A stretch of 64,000 nt of DNA from Camelus dromedarius (Eukaryota): assembly GCF_036321535.1 (NCBI RefSeq), contig NC_087437.1, positions 82,710,001-82,774,000 of the forward strand. Reading direction: 5' to 3'. Each line of letters begins with the position of its first letter. Position 1 is the stretch's first letter. The notes beneath the pieces are model-generated. The model had not been told where the DNA came from and ran no database searches. It saw only the letters and a list, made by a program, of their open reading frames with translations. Shown in pieces: positions 53,801-64,000 of this stretch. A program made the position numbers and the translations under genes.

Positions 53801-54159
53801 TTAGACCTATTGATGTATCTGAGGAACCTGGTGGGCTTCTGTTGTCAGCCACTTGTAGGCTGAATCTTCATGAAAGAATAGCATTGTGTTCATTTCAAAA
53901 CTGTCTATCAAAACCTCGTCAACTCTTTCTCCTTTGCTCCCCTCTCCTCGCCTCCCCCTCCGATCTCTTTCCCACTTACCAGTAGTATAAAATCATGAGA
54001 TTTTACCATATTTATTTAACAAGCACTTTACTCTATATGGATTATACCTAGCCTACCTAGCAAATGCATTCTGAGAATGAGAATGACTCACTCTGTGAAA
54101 TCATGGGGTTATACTAGGAATAGTGGGTGAAACTCACAGAAAAGTAATTTTAACTTTAA

Positions 54160-54318
54160 TATGAGAAACTTTCTGTTTGTCAGAGCAGTCCAAAAGTAGA
54201 ATCGACAGCACCAGTACAGAAAAGATTTTCCTTATGGTGGGATTTCAAGCACTAGGTGGGGACGTTAAAAAGAGAATTAAAACTTCAGGAAAGTTGAACT
54301 AAATGATTTCTAAAGCCA
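54160..54318 (+). mobile_element. L3/CR1-like 3' end
   Basis: aactttctg...cagagcagtccaaaagtagaat...ttcaagc...gttgaactaaatgatttctaa. Confidence 0.45.
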
Positions 54319-54624
54319 AGAATGTATAAAGTTGATGAGGGTGATGATATAAGTGTAAGGAGGAGAAATTGGAGTGGAGAAGTTACGAAATAACTTTATA
54401 AGTCTTATTAATATGTAACTATACTCTGTTGAATGTCATTTCCAAGAATAGTGATGTTGTGCAGTGAATGAGCAGCACTGCTCTAGAATCATACTTTGCT
54501 ACCTTTAAATAATTCTACTGAAGAGATTTGTTTGCTTTTAATAAATAAGGGGTTTTATTGCTCTAATTTCTATAATGTTGAGGTATGCATACGCTTCAGA
54601 GCTAAGCAAATGTAGATAAAAATC

Positions 54625-54835
54625 ATTGCTGTGTGACTGTAAGCAAGTTAACTTAAACATGTATAGCCTCAGTTTCTTCAGCTACAAAATGACATAGTCA
54701 TAACCATATGGGCCTCATAGTGTTGCTATGATCATTAAATGAGAAGTATTTAGCACAGAGCCTGGTACACAGCCTGCTAAACACTTAGCAGTGCCTGGCA
54801 CACAGAAAATGCTCCATAAATAATGTCCATTATTA
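54625..54835 (+). mobile_element. MIR SINE
   Basis: gctgtgtgactgtaagcaagttaactt...gcctcagtttcttcagctacaaaatg...gtgcctggcacacag. Confidence 0.8.
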
Positions 54836-54841
54836 AAATAA

Positions 54842-55012
54842 CTGGAGAATAAATTTTCTGCTCACAAAATATCTGTACATCGCATCTTGTTTGTATTATA
54901 GTTTGTCATATGAACTGTGAAAAGAATGTTACAAGCCAGTGTACACTGTCCTCATACTGAACAGCTCTGGAGCACACTGCAACAAAGGTGAGTTTATCAT
55001 TCCTTGCTTAAA
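54842..55012 (+). repeat. Left arm of a long inverted repeat
   Basis: Reverse complement of 56418-56593; 7 substitutions and 2 small indels by eye. Confidence 0.95.
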
Positions 55013-56417
55013 TTATTTCCATGATGCTGTATAGATCCACGAAAGGATGGATTACCCTTCCAGATTTAGCTGCTGGTCCCTGATTGGTTTTCCAAGGATT
55101 TATTAACTATTTTATTTTTAAAAAATATTAAATCATATTTTCCTGTGAGCAATCTCCATATGGTGTTAAATCAAAAACAGAATATTCATAAACTCCAAAC
55201 TTTTGCATTCCTAGACAGTTAGTAAAGAAAGATGGCCAATGCAGTTTGGAATTTCCAGAACATTCACATCCATAATCAAAAAGATTTTAGAAAAAAAATC
55301 ATCATTGGATCATATGTCACTCATTCTGACTGTACAGAAGTGTTTCAAATTCCCCTTTCCTCTTTTTCTATGCATTTAAATTGCTGGTGTTTGTGTTTCA
55401 AACACCAGTTTTTCTTATCTCAGTTATTATAATAAGATGAATACACACAAGTTCAAGGATTCACAATGGACAAATGTGAGCACCATTGACGTCAGTTAAT
55501 TCATTCCACCTTTTTGGAGATGAGACTAACTTATTTTCAGGCTTAATGTATTTTCTTTATAGAGGTTTGCCTTATAATGGTGATATAGCCGATTTTAATG
55601 AAGTGCAAAGGCAGGAGGACCAAATATCCCCAGTATGCCTCTCGTTCACCAGAAGATACCCTCCTTTGCGTATTCCTTATTCACCACTAATTTTAACCTG
55701 GGTCATTTTTTCTCATCCGTGCAAATCCAAGTGGTCTATAGACATTTCCTACGAGAGTTCATCCTGATTAATTATTGCATGTGATTCACCCCCTAGGAGT
55801 CTAACTCAAGCCTGCGTGTGTAGCTAAATTGTTCAATAAGTGAGAATTTCTAATGAGGAAACCTTGTAGTGGCAAGCCCTCCACTGCAATCTGCAGCTCT
55901 TACCTCCAAACAGCGAAGCATAAATGTTTTCATTCATCCCATGTAAAATCAGCCGTGAATGTTTGCAAGACTAGAGGGACAGGCTCCACTGTTATAGAAT
56001 GATTCACATATTTCTGTCATCGTGGGCATGCATGTTACTCATATGACTTTCTTGGAGCCATTTCCCCAAATTAGCTAATTCATCAACACAGACACATCAA
56101 GATCAGGAATTTTTTTTTTTAAGAATATTTCTTACATCAGCTTTGCACCATCCTAACAAGTTAGTCACTGATGTCAGCACAGTTGAAATGTGTCGTGCTG
56201 CTTTGTACACTGAATCGATGATTTATAAGTTTACTCCCATATTTTTAGTATAAAAAAAATCAAAGAATGATACTATAGATGTACAACATACGAGGCCTTA
56301 TTGAAAAGTGGTACACGTTTGAAGTCACCCAACAGTAGCTCAACGAGGAAGCAAAGTGTGACTTAATAGCATTGAAGCTGTAGCTGGCTACCTCCAAAGG
56401 AAGGATAGGCATCATGT

Positions 56418-56593
56418 TTTAAGCAAGGAATGATAAACTCACCTTTGCTGCAGTGTGCTCCAGAGCTGTTCAGTATGAGGACAGGGTACACTGGCATGTA
56501 ACATTCTTTTCACAGTTCATCATATGACTTGAACGATAATACGAACAAGATGGGATGTACAGATATTTTGTGAGCAGAAAATTTATTCTCCAG
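56418..56593 (-). repeat. Right arm of a long inverted repeat
   Basis: Reverse complement of 54842-55012. Confidence 0.95.
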
Positions 56594-56726
56594 AGAAAGT
56601 AGATTGTTTAGGATGTGTTGATATTGCTTTTGTCTTTTTTGTGTAAAAAAAATATGATTTTATTTCAGATTATATCTCTCTGATTCCTTCTGTATTATGG
56701 TTTTAAGAATAGTTCTTATGCCCAAA
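56443..56726 (-). other. Candidate spliced exon (284 nt), minus strand
   Basis: Acceptor ctcactgttttttcctactag| and donor AAG|GTGAGT; splice signals only, no expression evidence. Confidence 0.3.
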
Positions 56727-56842
56727 CTAGTAGGAAAAAACAGTGAGGCAAATGAGCCAGGAGGTACTCAACTTGGCAAAGAAAAACCTGTTACAAAGAC
56801 AAATTCAATGTCTTCAGCTTGAAGTAAAACATTTCTTTTCAG

Positions 56843-56934
56843 TGCCTCCTGAAGATGTCTGCAGTGGGGGCAGACATCACTGATTCTGTGTGACTTCCTG
56901 TAGCCCTGTCAGCTATTCTCTCTGGTGGCAACAG
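56843..56934 (+). other. Candidate non-coding exon (92 nt), plus strand
   Basis: Acceptor catttcttttcag| and donor CAG|GTGAGA; stop codons in all three frames. Confidence 0.25.
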
Positions 56935-57899
56935 GTGAGATTTTACACTTTAAATATTTCATACCGACTTATATGTAGGATACAACTAGATGGTATTATT
57001 AACAAGGCTAGACATTTCTCCTTGGAATTCTTCAAGACATCATTTAAAATGACTTTTTGTATTTTTACAATAGATCTAGATTTTTAAAAAAATCATCATC
57101 TACATCTAAGTGTCCCAGTTTATTTTATTTCTTAATGAATGTGATCACAGCAGTAGGATTTATAATAAAATACACGGTAGCTTATTCTTGCAAAGGTTAA
57201 CATTTGTCTGTGAGTCCAATCAATTGTTATAAAAAGGGGAAATTTAAGTACTATAAAGTATGTAGAAATATTCTCGATGATATACAAACACTTTTAAGAT
57301 AATAGTGAATGTTATTTTTGAGAATCCAGCTTAGACTGTAGGTGGGGAACTATAAAAAATTTCCAAGGTCCCTTTCTGCTCTTAAATTATATGATTTCAG
57401 TTTTAGGTTTTCTCCATCTTTAAAATTTTTGATTCAGCTTGGCAAGTTTCTTGAATTCATTTCCATCTTGCAATCTTCTCCAAGATTCAGAACTTGGATC
57501 ATGCAAAATTTGGGGTCATCCAAAATACTCTGTCATTTCAGAGAAAAATAAATTTTTGAGAAAGCCCTAGAGCCAATCTGGTTTCCCAGTTCCTCAAAAC
57601 TGCACTAGTCGATGCCCAACACAACTTTTGTCAACTGTAATAAACTTTCTAATGTTTCAAAACCCAGAGTGATGATTGTCCATTCTCTGCTTAGAATGAC
57701 TAACTGTTAGGCCATAGGACTGGCACCCCCTGCAAAGAGCTTTAGACAACTTTTTACAGGAAAACTCTAGCCTTCTTACAACCTCCTCACTTTGCCCCAT
57801 ACTATCTCCTCACCTCCTGGTCAGATTCTGCCTTTATTTTTTTATCCCCTTTTATCTTCATCTCTAGTTCTCGGCCCCATGCTTGCCCCTATACCCTGA

Positions 57900-58655
57900 G
57901 AATAGATTTGCCTTTTTGAACTTTGAGCTCTGGAACTCTCATCTCTTCTGGCACAGTTTGTTTGGATGCCACCTTATCTCATCACCCCGGGAAATAGCCC
58001 TGACACCCGTTAGCTTGGCTGACATAACTTGAGGAGGCAGAAACAGTCCCTCCTATTTCACAGCTCCTGCATCATACTAGGATTTGTGCTCCAGTCTCTT
58101 AACCATTTTCCCTAACTTCAGGTTATTCCTTTCCAATCTTTTCTCCATATCATCCTAAAACACTTGAACATCTCCTTAAAGTCTCACATAATTCCATGCT
58201 GCTTTAATATCTAGTCCAAACTCCTAAGCCAAAGGGTACCTTATCTTACCCATTGAACGGCTCTCTGCATGCCTTCCTTCCAGTCACAGCTGTCTCCTCA
58301 CTGCCCCCAGAACGTACTGATCCTACCTTCCACTTAGTATGCACACTTGATCACTCTCTTAATCTCACCTAGCATTCAGGTCCTAGCTCAAACTCACTTC
58401 CTACATGAAACTTCTCCTAACAGGTCCACATTGTTGTACCCTGACTGAATACATCTAGCAAAGGGATTGCAAAGGTATGTTGTCTGTAGTATTCATCGTG
58501 ACACTTAACTAAATAGAATTACCCTATGTTGTTACATAGCTAATGTGAAATGTGAATGACCAGTTTTTCCTAACAGTAGGTTCCAAGAAGACAAGAACCA
58601 TATCTTCAAATGCTTTAAACTGTTCATAATACTAACAAGTAAATACTTGTTGAAA
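57900..58655 (+). mobile_element. L2 fragment(s)
   Basis: tagtccaaactcct...ctagctcaaactcacttcc...gacaagaaccatatc...aaatacttgttgaa. Confidence 0.55.
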
Positions 58656-58974
58656 AAAGAACCTAGAAATTCCAGTGATTTTCAAGATTGTTGTTCTAGC
58701 CAGTCTTGCATTAAGATAAAGAATGGGCTAGATTACCTCATAAAATGTTTTCTGTCTCTGTATTTCTCAGATACTAGACTCTCAGGCTTTTGTTTATGGA
58801 AGCTATAATTACAATTCTTGTTTCCAAACAACCAGATGGACTAATATCTCAGTGCATCTGCTATATTCCTCATTTTGCATGGGTTTTGAATTTCCATGAG
58901 TAATTTGTCTTGATTCACACAAATTGTCTTCTTTCCAAATACGTCTAACCTGAGCTCTGATCAAGAAGAGTGGA

Positions 58975-59190
58975 ATGATTAGGATTTGGGTTTAAATTAC
59001 AACTCTACCAATTATGAGCTGCCCATCTTAAGCAAGTAGCTTAAGCTTGTTCTGCCTTTATTTCTTCATCTGTAAAATGGAAATATTAATAATTGGGTCT
59101 ACCTTATTGGGTGGTGTTAAGGGTTAAGTAACATACATTAAGCAGTAATTACATGTAATAAACACAAAATACATGTTAGAACTTAATTGT
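58975..59190 (+). mobile_element. MIR SINE
   Basis: agcaagtagcttaagc...tttcttcatctgtaaaatggaaat. Confidence 0.75.
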
Positions 59191-60873
59191 TATCAATCAT
59201 TTCTCAGTAGGCTAAGAATCAAACATGGAGGCAACATACAGTCTTTGATGTAATTCTTTTTCTAGAACAGACAGCTGCTACCAATATTTTCCATAGTCTA
59301 ATTCACAATTTTGAAGTTGACTAACAGTGTGAGCCTGAGCCTGACTCTTCCCTCAGTCACAGAAAGGGAAGGGAGTGAATTGCTCTCATCCCAATGGTTC
59401 CAAAGTGCAGAGACATGGGGGCAAAGCCAAAAGACAAGGTGAGAACAAAGAAGATGGTTTCTAGACATTCTTTTGGAGGTTCTCCTTTCAGTGATGTGTT
59501 CACACCTACACATAAAGCACTGAGTAACTAAAACATCAGTATTTCTCATTCTAGTCATCTGACTTGGTTGTGTTTTATCTAACTAAACTTGCATGTGGGT
59601 TAGCTGAATTTAATAAATTTGGCACAATTGATTGATTGTTCTTGTCCTGAATTCATTCAGCCATATATTTGTATGGCCACAGAACTTGTCAAGATGAAAA
59701 CTGGTCATTTAAAGCCAAATTTTATTCAAAATTTCCCTTGTTTGAGCACCCCAATTATTCTTCCTAATTCTTCAAAGAATAAGAAGTTAATATTTTACGT
59801 GTTTTTGAAATCACAACCATTTTCATTAACTATATTCAATTAAAAGAATACTATTTTGCCATGAAAATTTATTATTGCCATTAGTGCTAGCGTTTATTCA
59901 TGAGTCTTAAGCAACTGTGGAAACAATATAGACTGAAGAAAAATATAAGCCTAAACAATAAGTGTAGATGTTGTGATGTTGAGATACTGAGGATGTTGAA
60001 TGTTGAGGAAGTTATTAAGGGAAAGATTTATTCCAAACGCATCCCAACTGGGCTGTTGTCCCCCCATGGCTTCTCTTTAGCATCTTCATCCCTTCTCCAA
60101 GATTCTCCCTGTATCACTCACTTACAGTTCCTCATAAGTCAGCAGGAATACATCATTAATGATAGGTTTTACTTGGTTTAAATCAATCATTTTAATGAAC
60201 TGTTTGGAGGGACATCAGTATATAAATCCTTGAGACTTTTTTTTTTTAAATGTTTCTGAATTATCAATTTCATTTTTCTAAAAGCCTCATCAGATAGACC
60301 AAAGAGAATTATAATAATTTATTCACCTTTTGAAATGCTAGAATTCAGTTCATTTTATTTAATATTGACTTTACAAAGCACTAGGTGTCCCATTTCTAAA
60401 ACTGACTTAGTCACTAGTTTTGTCATGTGATCTTATGTAAATTACCTAAAGTCTTTGAATCTCAGATTTTTTTTGAATCTGTAAAACAAAAGTGCTAAAT
60501 TGAACAATTTTTAAGCTGCCTTCTAAATTTATTTCCCTATCTTTTTCGTAGGATAAGATCTCCAACTCATATAATAAAATACATTACATCTGTAAATTGC
60601 AGTGTCTCATCTAATCTTTTCTATTTCCCTGACTGCATTTGAGATAAGAGAATGAAAGTTTTCCACTCAGATGTGTTTTATTTGATAAAAACTTACTTAA
60701 TAGAAATGAAAACCAGTATAATAACTTGGTAATTGTGAATAAAATACTCAGAATGGATAAGCACCAATTAAATATTAATAATGTGACATGCCCTCTTTAA
60801 GGGAAACAGCTATTATGAAACCTCATCATTAAATTTGTCCTGGGGCTGAAAATTTATTTTCAACCACAGATAC

Positions 60874-61041
60874 CCTGATTCAGAGTTAATGGTAAATACA
60901 GTGAAGTGGAAGAGATCGGTGAAGTCAGGAATCGTAGTTAAAGCGATTCTCATGTTGCTGAAATGTAGCCAAGAGTATCTACGACAGGGGTTGAGTGTTC
61001 TCCAGGAACACTGTGACGTAAATTCAGTTGCATCATTTCAT
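60874..61041 (-). other. Candidate exon, minus strand (possibly a terminal coding exon of an unidentified gene)
   Basis: Branch point and acceptor ctaacctccttacag|; one frame reads EMMQLNLRHSVPGEHSTPVVDTLGYISAT* (TGA at 60952-60950); CpG-retaining unique sequence; weak donor AGG|GTATCT. Confidence 0.3.
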
Positions 61042-61409
61042 CTGTAAGGAGGTTAGATGAGGGCCTGTGGCTCTGCTCCCTAATGCCAAAAGGAGAAAAT
61101 TCTCTGTATGCACTGAAGTAGAGATTGGGTCTTATGTGATGCTTCTACTATGGGAATAAGCAAAAGTTTAAATTTGACAGAAGTCAGTCTGTTTGATGAA
61201 AATCAGTCCAACGTCCTAAAGAAAACTAAGCAATGACCTTGAATAAGTACATTACACCCTGCCTCTTGCCATTCCTGTTTCCTTCTAAATGTTTTGCCTG
61301 GTCCCTTGAGTTGGCAGAGTTACCCCAAAATGGTGGCAAAATGCCTGGAATGAGGCAGTTGTACACCAGAATTGTTCATCCTGCTGTTCTGCCTGTCCAA
61401 AAAGAATGT

Positions 61410-61503
61410 GGCCAGCCAATTCTGCAGGCATGGGGCCTAGCAATCTGTGTTTTTAAAAAGCTCTCCGTGTGATTGTAATACACGCTCAAGTTTGAAAACA
61501 TCA
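61410..61503. mobile_element. MER5A half
   Basis: ggggcctagcaatctgtgtttttaaaaagctctcc...caagtttgaaaac. Confidence 0.7.
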
Positions 61504-62077
61504 AGACAGATTTCATAGTTTCACTATGCTTCTTCCCCACACCCACCCGACGAGAGTAGCAAGGCCTAAATTGACTAGAGATGGTAGATCCAGTTTCTAA
61601 TTTCAGTCTGATTTTATTAAAAGAATCAGAAAGATCTGACACCTTGGCTTCTTATCATTATTAAAATCCTCTAAAGCATCACTATTAAAATCTAAGCATT
61701 CTTTCCAAGTATCAGTTGAATAGAATATTGCAATAAATATCTGGTGATCTTAGCAACCTTATCTTCCAGACAATCTCTGAATTAAAGAGAAAGGGGATGA
61801 TAATGGATTTACTCTTTCATATTGGGAAGGACCCTAGCAATATGCCATCCCAGATATGAAAGGAAGAAAAAAATATGTCCCTGTACTCTTTCCTTTGCTT
61901 AGCTAAAGGTAGCAATAACTCCAGAAATTTTAACTCTCAGTGGAAAAGAGCTATGTGTAACAAAACTAAGATATCATTTTTCACCTATATGATAAAGACT
62001 AAAAAGAATGAAGACTAAAAGACTGAAGGATAAATTTGGCTGCAAATAGATTAAACCAGTTAGAAATGTATTTGTCT

Positions 62078-62291
62078 CCCATATGTTATTACTATATATA
62101 AAATAGATAAACCTCAAGGACCTATTGTGTAGCCCAGCGAAATATATTCAATTTCTTTTAATAACATAATGGAAAAGAATCTGAAAAGAAAATATACATG
62201 TATGTATATGTGTAACTGAATCACTTTGCTATACACTTGAAACTAACATTGTAAATCAACTACAGTTCAATAAAATTTTTTTAAAAAAGAA
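62078..62291 (+). mobile_element. 5'-truncated cetartiodactyl-type L1 inside an old MLT1 LTR (~62035-62730)
   Basis: caaggacctattgtgtagc...aactgaatcactttgctatacacttgaaactaac...caataaa; perfect 16-bp TSD agaaatgtatttgtct (62062-62077, 62292-62307). Confidence 0.9.
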
Positions 62292-62941
62292 AGAAATGTA
62301 TTTGTCTTCAACGTAACAGTCTGGAGGCAGGCAGTCCAGAGCTCATGGTGCAGATCCAGGTGTCAGGGACTCTGAACCTTTCTGTCTATTGCTGTGCTGT
62401 GTGTGGCTTTCAAACTGTGGGAGTCATGGTCAAAAATGGTGGCCTACCCATAGCCACATCTACAGTCTGAGCAGCAGGTACAAAGGGGAAAAAAGACATG
62501 CCCTCTGCTTAACGAAAATATTCCAGAAACTGCACATACCATCACTTTTAGGTCCCATTATTTTTATTTATACATAGCATTATTTTTAAATCCCATTACT
62601 AGACTGTGGTTATATCACCACACCTAGCTGCAAGAGATGCTGGAGGAAGGAGAAATCTTTATTTTAAGCAGCCTTGTGTTCAGCTAAAGAGAAAAAAGAC
62701 TTAGGGTAATGGCTATTGAAACTCTGCCACAAATGATAATATCCAGTACTTGCAAAACTGTGGGGAAATAGGCTTTTTAAAAAATATTGCTAGTAGAAGT
62801 ATAAATTGGTGCCATGTTTCTATGAACAATTTGGAAATATGCATCAAACACCTTAAAACATGATCCCAACACTTTAAGGTAGTTATCCTAAAAATTTTTT
62901 ATACAATATGTATTACTGTAATATTTACTAGAGTGATTTTT

Positions 62942-63442
62942 CTTGTTGTGGTGAAATAGACATAAAAGTTGTTATCTTAACCATTTTAAAGTGTAGAGTT
63001 CAGTAGTGTTAGATAATTTCACATTGCTGTGCAACCAGTCTCCAGGATGCTTTTCATTCTGCAAAAGTTAAACTAAATACCTGTTAAACAACAACACTCA
63101 TTCCCTCCTTCCTCTTTCCCCCTATTCTGCCTCCAGTCCCTGGCAGCCACCACTCTACTTTCTGTCTCTGTGAATGACTATTCTCAGTACCTCATATAAG
63201 TGGAATAACATAATATTTGTGCTTTCATGTCTGGTTTATTTCACTTAGCATAATGTCCTTACCGTTCATCCGTGATGTCACAGGATTTCCTTACTTTTTA
63301 AGACTGTATAATACTCCAGTGTGTATATATACCACATTTTGTTTATTCTTTTATCCATCATTGGGCACTTGGGTTGTATCCACATTTTGGCTGTTGTGAA
63401 TAATGTTGCTCTGAACATGGACGTATACCATAGTGATTTTTT
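62942..63442 (-). mobile_element. L1MB-type 3' end
   Basis: cttaaccattttaaagtgta...cctcatataagtggaat...tttcacttagcataatg; 18-bp TSD tttactagagtgattttt/tttactacagtgattttt (62924-62941, 63443-63460). Confidence 0.85.
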
Positions 63443-64000
63443 TTTACTACAGTGATTTTTAAGAGCACAGTTTTGCTCTTACTACAATAGATGGGAGTAT
63501 ACATTGCTCTAACAATAACTAAAGTTAAATATTATTTTCAATATTTGTATTAAATTAAATAAATTAAATATATTCATTCTCTCTAATGATCAGCCAAATA
63601 CTAGCTGTTTTGTTTAGGTCTGACCTTGCTAGCTGAGACATATCTGGTAAATCATATCTGGACTGCACCTTATCAGGAATGTGTAGAAGAATTTATGTGT
63701 CTTGTAAAGAATTGGATAAAATAAACCTCTCCTTATAAGCTCTACTTATGAAAAGTGGTTCTCATAGAAAGCTGAAGCTGATCTGAGCATAGAAGTCATA
63801 TAGTACTAGAGCTGATAGTGATTTTAAAAAGAAACCAGGACTTTTTACTCAAACATAAATATACTAATTTGAAGATATGAAATGAATTTAATATCTAGGT
63901 GATTTCTAATTTGGTGCTATTATGAATAAAACTGCTATATGTACATTGATGTACAGGCTTTCAGTGTGAATGTAAGTTTTTATTTTGCAGTGTTTCTGTG

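Noticed and set aside
53527..53985. Longest ORF in the track (152 aa)
   Set aside because: Starts at TTG next to an L2 remnant, has no recognisable domain and no supporting splice structure; compatible with chance
54842..56593. Inverted repeat read as the TIRs of a DNA transposon
   Set aside because: No TSD around the whole unit, no family-typical termini and no transposase remnant seen; not formally excluded without a Dfam search
56860..56930. CTCF-like motifs (gcagtgggggcag, ccaccagagag)
   Set aside because: Each misses core consensus positions
1..64000. CRISPR array, operon or other prokaryotic system
   Set aside because: No regularly spaced repeat-spacer array or gene-dense coding; the sequence is clearly mammalian

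Overview
AT-rich, repeat-dense mammalian genomic DNA, most likely camelid (alpaca, llama or camel). Two Vic-1-type tRNA-derived SINEs and cetartiodactyl-type L1 3' ends are present, and I saw no Alu, B1 or Bov-tA. No protein-coding gene can be firmly identified: the ORF track reflects chance or repeat-derived frames. Much of the window is old interspersed repeat (MIR, L2, L1M, MLT1, MER DNA transposons). Repeat family names come from my recall of consensus sequences and need RepeatMasker/Dfam confirmation. The most interesting structures are: (1) a ~175-bp, ~93% identical inverted repeat of apparently unique sequence (54842-55012 / 56418-56593) that copies a consensus 5' splice site onto both strands and overlaps a candidate minus-strand exon; (2) a ~99-bp locally templated insertion flanked by 23-bp direct repeats (27816-27914, donor 29235-29331); (3) two non-TE retrocopies of mRNA 3' ends with target-site duplications (TSDs); (4) five solo ERV LTRs within 4.8 kb (four with intact 4-bp TSDs), next to a CpG/GC-box-rich promoter-like patch; (5) weak candidate exons at 56-61 kb. 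No prokaryote-type system (CRISPR, operon) is present.
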